This document shows positions 1-9,865 of a DNA stretch of 64,000 nt, one piece after another. The notes beneath the pieces are model-generated. The model was not told where the DNA came from. It did not search any database and worked only from the letters and a program-made list of their open reading frames with translations. The DNA is from Alphaproteobacteria bacterium (GTDB lineage: Bacteria > Pseudomonadota > Alphaproteobacteria > UBA828). Within the stretch, counting starts at the first letter, position 1; each line of letters starts with the position of its first letter. The position numbers and the translations under genes were made by a program. The stretch is from the NCBI GenBank assembly GCA_965214705.1, contig CBDCCI010000002.1, positions 128,001 through 192,000 on the forward strand, in the 5' to 3' direction.

Positions 1-1239
1 CCCGTGGTTCGGCCATTCGTTGGGCGGCGCCCGGCTCGCGTGGGCGGGGCGCCGGCGCGGGATTTCGCGGACCAGGCGCAGCGCTGCGCCGCAATGGGGG
101 CAGGCCACGGGAGCGGTTCCGGGGTCCGCTATTTCGTCGCGCTCGCGCTCGCCTTCGGGCGCATCGTCATCGACACACTCGTCGTCGGGACAGCCGATAG
201 GGCCGAGGGCTTCGCGCGCGCGCTCCAGCGTCCTGGCGCGGCATCCGTTGGCGAGGATGCCGAAGTGACGGATGCGGTGCATCCCGTCGGGCAGGACATG
301 GAGCAGGAAGCGGCGGATGAACTCGTCGACGCTGACGGTCATGGTGCCGTAGCGGGGCTTGCTCTGCCCTGGCCCCTTGGGCTTTCGGTGCCGGAAGGAG
401 ACGGTCTCGCCGTCGAAGGCCGTGATGCGGCTGTCGGAGATTGCGATCCGGTGGGTGTAGCGGGCGAGGTATCGGAACACCTGCCCAGGCCCGCGGAAGG
501 GCCGCTTGGCGTAGACCACCCAGTCCCTGCTGCGTGCGGCGGCGAGTGTGGCGTGGAACTCGCCGGGGTTGGCGAGATGGGCGACGGTGCCGTGGAACTC
601 CAGCTCGCCGCGGCCATGGGCGAGAGCCAACTCTTCGAGGAAGCGGCGGCGAAAGAAGCTGGCCAGGACCTTGACGGGGGCGAAGAAGGTGCCGCTCCCG
701 GTCTTCCACTCGCCGCTCTCGACATCGAAGCCCGCGTTGGGCACCACCACGTGCAGATGGGGATGGAAGCGGAGCTTCTGGTCCCACGTATGAAGGACGG
801 CGGTGCCGCCGATGCGCATGCCCCCATGCCGGGGATCGGCGGCGATGGTGCGCAGGGTCTCGGCGACCGTCTTGAACAGGATGCCGAAGACGACCCTGCG
901 GTTGCCGAAGCCGATGGCGGCGATCTGGGCTGGCAGGGTGAAGACCGCGTGGAAGTAGGGCACCGGCAGGAGCTCGGCGGCGCGTGCCTCGCTCCATCGG
1001 TTGGCTGCCAACCCCTGGCAGCTCGGGCAGTGGCGGTTGCGACAGGAATTGTAAAGCGGATGCTCGCGCCCGCAGCCCTCACAGGCGTAGATGTGCCCGC
1101 CGAGCACGGCGGTGCGGCACGCCTCGATCGCAGCCATGACCTTGAGCCGGGCGGCGTCGATGCGCCCCTTGCAGCGCTCACGGAAAGCGAGGCCGGCGCG
1201 GCGGAAGATGTCCGCCACGCCGACGTTCTGGCGATCCAC
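1..1239 (-). CDS. IS91-family (Y2/HUH rolling-circle) transposase with N-terminal zinc-binding domain; runs off the left window edge
   Basis: Absent from the ORF track because it has no stop in the window. Manual translation from GTG at 1239 gives CRT..LGGH..C..C, YNSCRNRHCPSC, HTW...HPHLH (HUH) and YLARYTHRIAIS (Y2 motif). Confidence 0.9.
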   Translation of the reverse strand, partial: MDRQNVGVADIFRRAGLAFRERCKGRIDAARLKVMAAIEACRTAVLGGHIYACEGCGREHPLYNSCRNRHCPSCQGLAANRWSEARAAELLPVPYFHAVFTLPAQIAAIGFGNRRVVFGILFKTVAETLRTIAADPRHGGMRIGGTAVLHTWDQKLRFHPHLHVVVPNAGFDVESGEWKTGSGTFFAPVKVLASFFRRRFLEELALAHGRGELEFHGTVAHLANPGEFHATLAAARSRDWVVYAKRPFRGPGQVFRYLARYTHRIAISDSRITAFDGETVSFRHRKPKGPGQSKPRYGTMTVSVDEFIRRFLLHVLPDGMHRIRHFGILANGCRARTLERAREALGPIGCPDDECVDDDAPEGERERDEIADPGTAPVACPHCGAALRLVREIPRRRPAHASRAPPNEWPNHG

Positions 1240-1245
1240 GCCGGA

Positions 1246-2124
1246 TCAGCGGCGAAGCAGCGGAAAGTCCGAGATGGGGTGATCGAGGCCCTCGAACATC
1301 CTGGCGGTGGAGCGCGCGTACTCGCGGGTCGTGTCCGCACGACGATGGCCGAGCATGTCGCGGATCACCTCCATGTTGCCGCCCCGCTCATGAAGATGGG
1401 TGGCGGCCGAATGACGCAGGCAGTGGAAGGTGTGGCGGCTGTCGACGCCGGCCCGCTCGCGCGCCTTCTTGAAGGCCACGTGCAGGTCCCCTGTCCGGAT
1501 GGGCACGTCGGGCGAGGCGCCATAGAAGAGCCAGGTCACCGGCTGCGGCCAGATGTTCTTGTAGAAGCCGCGCAGGTAATGGATGACGGCTTCCGGAATC
1601 GGTGCCATCCTCTCGGTGCCGCCCTTGCCGGAAGGGATGTGTAGCAGCTTCTGGTCCGACTTGATGTCGCCGATCTTGATGGCCACGGTCTCGGAGATGC
1701 GAAGCCCGACACCGTAGGCGGTGACGATGGCGGCGCGGTACCGGAGGTCGGGCGTTGCGAGGATGATGCGCTCGACCTCCTCCTCCTCCATGTGTCGCGG
1801 CAGCTTGCGGGGCTTCTTGCGGGCGCGCAGCCCGGCCACGCGCTCAGGGCATCCCAGGGTCTCGGCATAGAAGAACTTCAGGGCGGCGACGGTGACGTTG
1901 GTCGTCGCCGGCTTCAGGCCGCGATCGATGCCGGACAGGACCCAGGCGCGCACCTGGTCGGCGTCGAGGTCGGCCGGCGAGGCCTTGTAGTGCTTGGCAA
2001 GCTGCGCGATCTCGCCGATGTAGATGGTCTGCGTGCTCTCGGCGAAGTTGGCGATGCGCATCTGGTCGATCATGCGCTGGCGAAGAGGGCTGCCCGTTGT
2101 CCCCTCGGCTGTGGTCTCGGTCAT
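1246..2124 (-). CDS. Tyrosine recombinase (phage integrase family) associated with the IS91-like transposase
   Basis: Motifs GLRISE, K, HCLRHSAATH, LGH, Y; N-terminal SPLRQRMIDQM typical of integrases paired with IS91-like transposases; start taken at MTETT. Confidence 0.9.
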   Translation of the reverse strand: MTETTAEGTTGSPLRQRMIDQMRIANFAESTQTIYIGEIAQLAKHYKASPADLDADQVRAWVLSGIDRGLKPATTNVTVAALKFFYAETLGCPERVAGLRARKKPRKLPRHMEEEEVERIILATPDLRYRAAIVTAYGVGLRISETVAIKIGDIKSDQKLLHIPSGKGGTERMAPIPEAVIHYLRGFYKNIWPQPVTWLFYGASPDVPIRTGDLHVAFKKARERAGVDSRHTFHCLRHSAATHLHERGGNMEVIRDMLGHRRADTTREYARSTARMFEGLDHPISDFPLLRR

Positions 2125-2438
2125 CGTCGATCTCCCGTGATCGCGACGGCGAGCCGCCGGACCGTTCCGACGACGGACCGTCTCGGGGATCGATGCTAAC
2201 CACTGGTGATCGGGAACATGCCGGCCACTCGCCCGACCGGCGCTGCGCCAATGGACGCAATCTGAAGCGCGCGCGACACCTGCCAGCAGCGCACCCCGCA
2301 CATCGAGGAAATGAACGAACGCTAGGCCGCCAACTCCGCGTAGCGGCTTCGTTCAATCCGGCCCTGCACCGGCCGATTGTCACGAAAACCCGATTCTGGC
2401 TGCCTACGGCCACCCGCCAATCGCGCTAAATCAATGAC

Positions 2439-3044
2439 TTACGATCGCCATGCCAGACCTACACCCCACGGATTGGTGCTTTCTGGGATAAGGCCCCACC
2501 CCTCGGCCCGATTGAACATCCGCGACAGGGTGGCGACGACGTGGTTAGCCGTCGCAGGCCTGTCCCGCAGTATGTAGTGAAGCTCGGCCACTTGTTTCCG
2601 TTCCAGGGCCTCGACGGGGACATGGCCCAGAGTGGGAATGATGTGGTTCGAGAGCAATAAGCGACACAACGTCACCGTCTTTGGCTTGCACCGAACCTCC
2701 ACGTGGTCCTTCAGGTAGCGCTCGGCCAACTCTGCGATCGTCAGGCCATCCTGTTCACCCGATGCCGGATGCGCAGCGCTCGCCTCCTTCCCCGCTTTGA
2801 GGCGGGCGATCATCAAAGTCGCCCGCCGGCGCGCCTGATCGGCCGTCAGCACCCCATGCCGGCCCACCGTTGCCCGCTTCGACTTGCCCCTCGCGCGGGT
2901 CTGCACGATGTACACCTTCTTCCCCGACTCATATGCGCGTAACCCGAACCCCGGGAGGTCCCGGTCCCAGAACACCGTGTCCTTCTCAACCTTTAGCTCC
3001 TCGACCATGCGTCGAGAGATGGACCTGTGGAGCAGCTTGGCCAT
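2439..3044 (-). pseudogene. N-terminal fragment of an arm-type (P4-like) tyrosine integrase, truncated by the IS91-like element
   Basis: FWDRDLPGFGLR...GRHG arm-binding domain and core-binding region, clearly paralogous to 3084-4274; no catalytic domain; AGGAGG RBS. Confidence 0.85.
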
Positions 3045-3083
3045 CGTTCTCGGTGTCCTCCTATGCGGCCTGTCTGGCGGAGA

Positions 3084-4274
3084 TCACGCCACCTTGGTGC
3101 GTGGCACCATGATGTCGGCCTCGATGCTGCCCGCCACCTTGGCCGCAGACGCCATCTCCGTGTCATGCGCAAGGTGCGCGTAGCGCGCCGTCGTCTGCAC
3201 CTGGGTGTGACCCAGAAGCCGGCCGATCATCGGAAGGCTCTCGCCAAGCGCTAGCGCTCTACTCGCCCAGCTATGTCGCAGGTCATGCAGGCGCACGTCC
3301 TTCAGGTCGGCCTCCATGCGCAGCCGGTACCACAGGTCGTTCACGTTCCTCAGGTGCCTCCCCGGCTTCTTGCCCGAAATCACCCACGGATTGCCAGGCA
3401 CCCGGGGGATTGCGTCCAGCACCGCCTCTACTTCGGGGGTCAGTGGAACCATCCGCCCGCCCGTCTTGGCCTCCCTCAGACGCAACTCTCCCGAGGTGCG
3501 GTCCACGTCGTCCCATCGGAGCGACAGTATCTCGTTGCGCCGACATCCGGTCAGGATCAAGAGCCGGATCGCGGCGACGGCAGGGGGCCAGACCGTGCCA
3601 CGGGCTTCGGTCGCGTCGAGGACCCGACCCAGGCGCTGAAACTCTTCGGCGTTCAGGAAGCGCTGCCGCTTTATCTCTTTGTACTTGCGCACAGACCGGC
3701 AAGGGCTCCTCCCCGCCGGATGCAGTCCCCAGAACTCGGCCAGGTTGAACATCTTGGTCAGGATGTCGATCGCCCTGTTGGCCGTGCTCGGCTGATGCCG
3801 AAGTGCGTGATGCAATTCTGCAACATCTTTGCGCTCAAGCGAGCTCAGCGGCTTCGACCCCAGCGCCGGGAGAATGCTGTTCATCAGGACCCCCCCGTAG
3901 CGCACCGCCGTCGACGGCTTGCAGTTGACCGCGACATGCGCGCTCATGAAGCGATCGGCCAGATCGGCTACAGTCGGCCCCGTGTCACGCTCAGGGGTGG
4001 CCGGTACAGGCTCCAGCCCCGATTTGATCCTGTCGATGATCGCGGCAGCGTCCTTGCGGGCCTGATCGGCTGTAATGTCACCGTGCCGGCCCAAGGTGGC
4101 TCGTTTCGAGCCCCTCGGCCCCCTGCTTTGCACGACGTACACCTTGCGGCCGGACGGGTAAACGCGAACGCCGAAGCCCTGCAATTTCCGATCCCAGAAA
4201 ATGGCGTCCTTGTGCTCGACGTACAGGCCATCGACGGTTCGCTTCGAGATTGTTCGTTCCTGGCGCGTGTGCAT
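3084..4274 (-). CDS. Arm-type tyrosine integrase (arm-DNA-binding plus catalytic domain)
   Basis: FWDRKLQGFGVR, TGCRRNEIL, HDLRHSWAS, LLGH, TARYAH; start MHTRQ with GAGG RBS. Confidence 0.92.
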   Translation of the reverse strand: MHTRQERTISKRTVDGLYVEHKDAIFWDRKLQGFGVRVYPSGRKVYVVQSRGPRGSKRATLGRHGDITADQARKDAAAIIDRIKSGLEPVPATPERDTGPTVADLADRFMSAHVAVNCKPSTAVRYGGVLMNSILPALGSKPLSSLERKDVAELHHALRHQPSTANRAIDILTKMFNLAEFWGLHPAGRSPCRSVRKYKEIKRQRFLNAEEFQRLGRVLDATEARGTVWPPAVAAIRLLILTGCRRNEILSLRWDDVDRTSGELRLREAKTGGRMVPLTPEVEAVLDAIPRVPGNPWVISGKKPGRHLRNVNDLWYRLRMEADLKDVRLHDLRHSWASRALALGESLPMIGRLLGHTQVQTTARYAHLAHDTEMASAAKVAGSIEADIMVPRTKVA

Positions 4275-4458
4275 GCGATCCTCGCGAGGCCAGAATTCGT
4301 ATCCCGCCCAGTATGCATTTCCGTAAGCATCACGCAAGCAGGCGGAGTAGAGCTACAGCGTACTGCCGCGTACGCTAGTGGCGGAATCGATACAGGGGCT
4401 AAGGTCTAAGCGGCTTGAATGGTTTAGGAAATTAGCAAAACAGCGTAGACAAACGTGG

Positions 4459-4509
4459 TCAGGAGTACGAATGACGCATGGGGCCGATAAAGCACAGGCC
4501 CTTCTTCAT
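4459..4509 (-). pseudogene. Candidate 5' stub of an interrupted secreted-protein gene (MKKGLCFIG...)
   Basis: AGGAGG at 4518-4523 (minus), then ATG AAG AAG GGC CTG TGC TTT ATC GGC; stops after 16 codons where the integrase-upstream region begins. Confidence 0.4.
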
Positions 4510-4686
4510 TCTCCCATCCTCCTGATTCGCGCGATTAGAGAGTTCCATGCATGGATCCGCGACGGGGCGCCTCTTAACTAGCGCAGCCCGCCGCACCGTG
4601 AGGATGGTACACGCGGGGTCTGCAGCGCAACCCTGCTCAGCGCAAATTATGAAGGAATTCAGTCATCAAAATATTTTCTTATAGGA

Positions 4687-4706
4687 CTGTGACACAAATG
4701 TCACAG
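4687..4706. promoter_or_regulatory. Palindromic operator CTGTGACA-CAAA-TGTCACAG (also Pho-box-like, 11-bp spacing)
   Basis: Perfect 8-bp inverted repeat in an AT-rich stretch downstream of phoB and upstream of the truncated ORF. Confidence 0.5.
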
Positions 4707-4742
4707 CTGGCGACATCGCCACCCATCCACGGCTTCTTGGGC

Positions 4743-5435
4743 TCACCCCGCGCTTGAATCGAGGGCGTAACCGGCCGAGCGGACGGTCCTGATCAGGTCC
4801 GGGCGGCGCTCGGCGTTGAGCGCCTGGCGCAGGCGGCGCACGTGCACATCGACCGTCCGGCTCTCGATGAAGATATCACGGCCCCAGACAGAATCGAGCA
4901 GTTGCTCGCGCGAGAACACGCGGCCCGGATGCTCCATCAGATGGCGCAGCAGGCGGAACTCGGTCGGCCCGAGGTGGATCGACTCGTCCCCCCGCGTCAC
5001 CCTGTGCCCGGCAAGGTCCATCTTGAGGTCGGCATAGTGGAGTACCTCGTCGCCGAGTGCCGGCCGCATGCGCCTCAGGATCGCACGGATGCGGGCGAGA
5101 AGCTCCGCCGGCGAGAAGGGCTTGACCACGTAGTCGTCGGCGCCGCCGTCGAGCCCGCGCACCCGGTCCGACTCTTCGCCGCGCGCCGTCAGCATGACGA
5201 TGGGGAGCGGCTGCGGGTCCGGCCTCCGCCTGATGCGGCGGCAGACCTCGATGCCGGAGAGGGTGGGCAGCATCCAGTCGAGTACCATCAGGTCGGGGCG
5301 CCGCTCGTCCACCATGAGCAGCGCCTCCTCGCCGTCCACGGCCTCGCCCACCTCGAAGCCGCCCTTCTCCAGGTTGTAGCGGAGCAGCGTGAGCAGCGCC
5401 GCCTCGTCCTCGACGACCAGAATGTATGGCTTCAT
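4743..5435 (-). CDS. phoB: Phosphate regulon response regulator PhoB
   Basis: Receiver domain (LDWMLP) plus winged helix (HLGPTEFRLL, RTVDVHVRRLR); pho operon context. Confidence 0.97.
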   Translation of the reverse strand: MKPYILVVEDEAALLTLLRYNLEKGGFEVGEAVDGEEALLMVDERRPDLMVLDWMLPTLSGIEVCRRIRRRPDPQPLPIVMLTARGEESDRVRGLDGGADDYVVKPFSPAELLARIRAILRRMRPALGDEVLHYADLKMDLAGHRVTRGDESIHLGPTEFRLLRHLMEHPGRVFSREQLLDSVWGRDIFIESRTVDVHVRRLRQALNAERRPDLIRTVRSAGYALDSSAG

Positions 5436-6160
5436 GGTGCCGTCGCCTCCGTCTCGTCGCTCGCCTGGTGGAAGGACGTCACGTCGCCCTTGGGCCGCTC
5501 CTCCTCCACCGGGGTGCCCGTCACCACGTAATTCACGGTCTCGGCGATGTTGGTCGCGTGGTCGCCGATCCGCTCGATGTTCTTGGCGATGAAAAGCAGG
5601 TGCGTGCAGGCGGTGATGCGGCGCGGGTCCTCCATCATGTAGGTGAGCAGCTCGCGGAAGAGGCTGTTATAGGATTCGTCCACATCCTCGTCGCGCCGCC
5701 AGACCGCCATGGCGCGCTCGACATCGCGGTCCCTGAATGAATCGAGCACGTCCTTGATCATCCCCTGGGCGATGCCCGCCATCCGCGAGATCGCATGGGT
5801 CAGCCGGATGGGGTCGATGTCCTGAATGGCGATGGAGCGCTTGGCCACGTTGGCGGCATAGTCACCCATGCGCTCGAGATCGCTCGCCACCTTGAGCGAG
5901 GCGGTGATGACGCGAAGATCCACCGCGACCGGCTGGCGCAGTGCCAGGATGCGCACCGCGAGCTGGTCGATCTCGGACTCCAGCGCGTCCACCCGCTTGT
6001 CCTCGGTGATCACGCTGGACGCGAGCTCGTCGTCGCGGCGGACCAGCGAGGCGATGGAGGCCGCGAGCTGCTGCTCGACGATGCCGCCCATCTCCAGGAT
6101 CGCGTTGTTCATGCGATCCAGCTCCTCGTCATAGGCCTTGACCGTGTGCTCGGCAGCCAT
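5432..6160 (-). CDS. phoU: Phosphate signalling protein PhoU
   Basis: RQPVAVDLR, DLERMGDYA, NIERIGDHATNIAE. Confidence 0.97.
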   Translation of the reverse strand: MAAEHTVKAYDEELDRMNNAILEMGGIVEQQLAASIASLVRRDDELASSVITEDKRVDALESEIDQLAVRILALRQPVAVDLRVITASLKVASDLERMGDYAANVAKRSIAIQDIDPIRLTHAISRMAGIAQGMIKDVLDSFRDRDVERAMAVWRRDEDVDESYNSLFRELLTYMMEDPRRITACTHLLFIAKNIERIGDHATNIAETVNYVVTGTPVEEERPKGDVTSFHQASDETEATAP

Positions 6161-6194
6161 CGGTCGTTCTCCTTGCCTTCAGCCCCGTCCACGC

Positions 6195-7055
<861 letters not shown>

Positions 7056-7073
7056 GATACCACTCCCGCCCGC

Positions 7074-8384
7074 CTACCAGCGGATCTCGAACTTGCGCCT
7101 GAGATAGATCGCCACGGCGTTCATCAGGATCAGGAACGCCAGCAGGACCAGAATGGCTGCCGAGACCTTCTCGACGAAGCCGCGTTCCGGGCTATCGGCC
7201 CAGAGGAAGATTTGCACCGGCAGCGCCGTCGCCGGATCGAAGGGCCCGCCGGGGATATCGACGATGAAGGCCACCATCCCGATCATGAGCAGCGGCGCGG
7301 TCTCGCCCAGCGCTCTCGCCATGCCGATGATCGTGCCAGTGAGGATTCCTGGCGTCGCCAGCGGCAGCACGTGGTGGAAGACCACTTGGATCGGCGAGGC
7401 ACCGACCCCATACGCGCCCTCCCGGATAGATGGCGGCACCGCCTTGAGTGCGGAGCGGGCCGCGATGATGATCGTCGGCAGCGTCATCAGCGTGAGCGTG
7501 AGCCCGCCCACAATGGGCGCGGAGCGCGGCAGGTGGAACAGGTTGATGAAAACCGCAAGCCCCAGCAGGCCGAACACGATAGAGGGCACCGCCGCGAGGT
7601 TGTTGATGTTGACCTCGATCATGTCGGTGATGCGGTTCTTGGGCGCAAACTCCTCCAGATAGATCGCCGCGGTCACGCCGATGGGGAAGGTTAGCACCAG
7701 CGTGACCAGCAGCATGTAGAACGAGCCCGCGATGGCGCCGCCGATGCCGGCGATCTCCGGCTCCCGCGAATCCGCGTTGACGAAGAACTCGCCATTGAAC
7801 CCAGTCTCCACGAAGCCGGCAGCGTCAAACGTATCGATCCAGGCAATCTGCTGATCGTCGAGGCGGCGTTCGTCCTCCGGCACGTCGCGGGGCGCGCTCC
7901 CCTTGATCAGCATGTCCACGTCGCTGGACGCGGTGAGCCAGACACGTTGTGTGGTACCGACGATCGAAGGATCATCGACCAGCAGCTCCCGCAGCTCGAA
8001 GCGCGCGGCCGTGCTCACGAGCTTCAAGAGCTTGCGCCGCTCCTTCCGCGCCGTCACCTCGGGGAAGGCGGCGAAGACGGATTCGCGCAAGAGCTTGCCG
8101 TAGTTCGCTTTTTGTAGCTCATCTCTGCTCGGGGCCTCGCTCACACCGAGAATCTTCGGGTCGAAATCGACCTCCAGCGCGACCGAGGTGCGCACGAAGG
8201 CGGGGTAGCCTTCGGCGATCACGCTCCCGATCAGGAGCGCGAGAAAGCCCAGCGCGACGGCCACGGCGATGATGCCGTAGGCCTTGAAGCGCCGCTCGGC
8301 ACGGTAGCGCCGCCGCAGCCTGCGCTTCGTCCAGTCCGCGTCCTGCCAGGCGCCGGCGAGCCGCGGTTCAGCCAGGTCAGTCAT
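7074..8384 (-). CDS. pstA: Phosphate ABC transporter permease PstA
   Basis: NINNLAAVPSIVFGL, ARALGETAPL. Confidence 0.95.
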   Translation of the reverse strand: MTDLAEPRLAGAWQDADWTKRRLRRRYRAERRFKAYGIIAVAVALGFLALLIGSVIAEGYPAFVRTSVALEVDFDPKILGVSEAPSRDELQKANYGKLLRESVFAAFPEVTARKERRKLLKLVSTAARFELRELLVDDPSIVGTTQRVWLTASSDVDMLIKGSAPRDVPEDERRLDDQQIAWIDTFDAAGFVETGFNGEFFVNADSREPEIAGIGGAIAGSFYMLLVTLVLTFPIGVTAAIYLEEFAPKNRITDMIEVNINNLAAVPSIVFGLLGLAVFINLFHLPRSAPIVGGLTLTLMTLPTIIIAARSALKAVPPSIREGAYGVGASPIQVVFHHVLPLATPGILTGTIIGMARALGETAPLLMIGMVAFIVDIPGGPFDPATALPVQIFLWADSPERGFVEKVSAAILVLLAFLILMNAVAIYLRRKFEIRW

Positions 8385-9759
8385 ACTGCTCCCAGTATTT
8401 CCGTGAGATGTGGAGCGCGAAGATATTGAGCGCGAGCGTCACGACGAAGAGCATCAGCCCGAGCGCGAAGGCGGCCAGCGTCTTGGCGCTGTCGAATTCC
8501 TGATCGCCCACCAGCAGCGTGACGATCTGCACCGTGACCGTGGTCACCGCGTCGAGCGGATTGGCCGTGAGGTTGGCCGCGAGGCCTGCCGCCATCACCA
8601 CGATCATGGTCTCCCCGATGGCGCGGCTCACCGCGAGCAGGCAAGCGGCGACGATCCCCGGCAACGCTGCCGGCAGGATCACCTTGACCACGGTCTCCGA
8701 CTTGGTCGCTCCCATGGCGAGCGAGCCTTCGCGCAACGAGTTGGGCACCGCGACGATGGCGTCGTCGCTCAGCGACGAGATGAAGGGGATGATCATGATG
8801 CCCATGACCACGCCGGCGGCGAGCGCGCTCTCCGACGCCACGTCGAGGCCGATGGATTCGCCGATTCCCCTGACCGCCGGCGCCACCACCAGCGCCGCGA
8901 AGAAGCCGTAGACCACCGTCGGCACGCCGGCCAGGATCTCCAGGATTGGCTTGGTCACGTTGCGGAACCGGGGGCTCGCGAACTCCGCCATGTAGATCGC
9001 GGCGAAGAGGCCGACCGGGAGTGCCACCAGCATGGCGATCAGCGTGATCATCAGCGTGCCGGTGAAGAGCGGGATGGCGCCGAAGGCACCGGTGCTGCCC
9101 ACCTGATCGGCGCGGATGGCGGTCTGCGGGCTCCACTTCAGGCCGAACAGGAAATCCCAGAAGGGGATGATCGAGAAGAAGCGGATCGATTCGAACAGCA
9201 CCGAGAGAACGATGCCGATGGTGGTGACGATGGCGACGCAGGAGGAGAGGATGAGCACGACGTTCACCACCCGCTCGACCTTGTTGCGGGCGCGCAGGCC
9301 CGGCGATATGCGCCGCCAGGCCCAGCCGAAGCCGGCGCCGCCCAAGGCCACGCCGATCGCGAGCACCGCGGCCTGCGCCGTGGACTTCATGCTGGCGTAG
9401 CGGTCCGCCGCCGCTCGCAGCGCGGGGTCGACCTCGCGGCTCACCACGTCGCCCGAGGCCAGATTGCGCACGTCGTTGAGCAGGAGGCCGATCATCGCTT
9501 CCGACTGCTCCGCTACCGTAGGCCCGAGGTAGGAGAGCAGCAGCGCCTCCAGAATCGGCGCTTCGATGACAAGCCAGACGATGAGGACGATGCCCGACGG
9601 GATGCCGCACCAGAGCGCCACGTACCAGCCGTGGTAGCTCGGCATCGAGTGGAGCTTGCTGAGATTGGTGCCGGCGGCCCTTAGCGCGCGGCGGCGGCCG
9701 AAATAGAGGCCGATAACCGCGAGCGCCAAGACTGCAATGAGGAGGATGGTGAGCTGCAC
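8377..9759 (-). CDS. pstC: Phosphate ABC transporter permease PstC
   Basis: LAGVPTVVYG, SRAIGETMIV, WSPQ. Confidence 0.95.
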   Translation of the reverse strand: MQLTILLIAVLALAVIGLYFGRRRALRAAGTNLSKLHSMPSYHGWYVALWCGIPSGIVLIVWLVIEAPILEALLLSYLGPTVAEQSEAMIGLLLNDVRNLASGDVVSREVDPALRAAADRYASMKSTAQAAVLAIGVALGGAGFGWAWRRISPGLRARNKVERVVNVVLILSSCVAIVTTIGIVLSVLFESIRFFSIIPFWDFLFGLKWSPQTAIRADQVGSTGAFGAIPLFTGTLMITLIAMLVALPVGLFAAIYMAEFASPRFRNVTKPILEILAGVPTVVYGFFAALVVAPAVRGIGESIGLDVASESALAAGVVMGIMIIPFISSLSDDAIVAVPNSLREGSLAMGATKSETVVKVILPAALPGIVAACLLAVSRAIGETMIVVMAAGLAANLTANPLDAVTTVTVQIVTLLVGDQEFDSAKTLAAFALGLMLFVVTLALNIFALHISRKYWEQYD

Positions 9760-9836
9760 GCCGTCGGCCGCCCCTGCCCCGTGCGCCCGGTCAGGCGAGC
9801 GCTAGCTTCACATTACGAACGGGCCGATTCAGGGAT

Positions 9837-9865
9837 AAGTCAGTTTCGTTACGATTTTGTGACGG
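9837..9865 (-). promoter_or_regulatory. Pho box upstream of pstC, overlapping the phoR stop codon
   Basis: Minus strand CCGTCAC-AAAA-TCGTAAC-GAAA-CTGACTT: 11-bp-period heptamers resembling CTGTCAT. Confidence 0.7.

Larger units (their letters stand above)
1..2466 (-). mobile_element. IS91-like element (integrase + Y2 transposase) inserted into an integrase gene; left end outside the window
   Basis: Gene pair above. The neighbouring integrase loses similarity to its paralogue at about 2466 (NP|WGVGLAWRS* versus SPCRSVRKY). Confidence 0.7.

Noticed and set aside
4-1644. 546-aa plus-strand ORF
   Set aside because: Antisense shadow of the IS91-like transposase and integrase; no recognisable motifs of its own.
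4688-4705. CRP/FNR site
   Set aside because: TGTGA and TCACA are 8 bp apart rather than 6.
4340-4740. tRNA, tmRNA or 6S RNA at the integrase boundary
   Set aside because: No T-arm GTTCRA/CCA end or recognisable fold; only a 7-nt anticodon-loop-like match.
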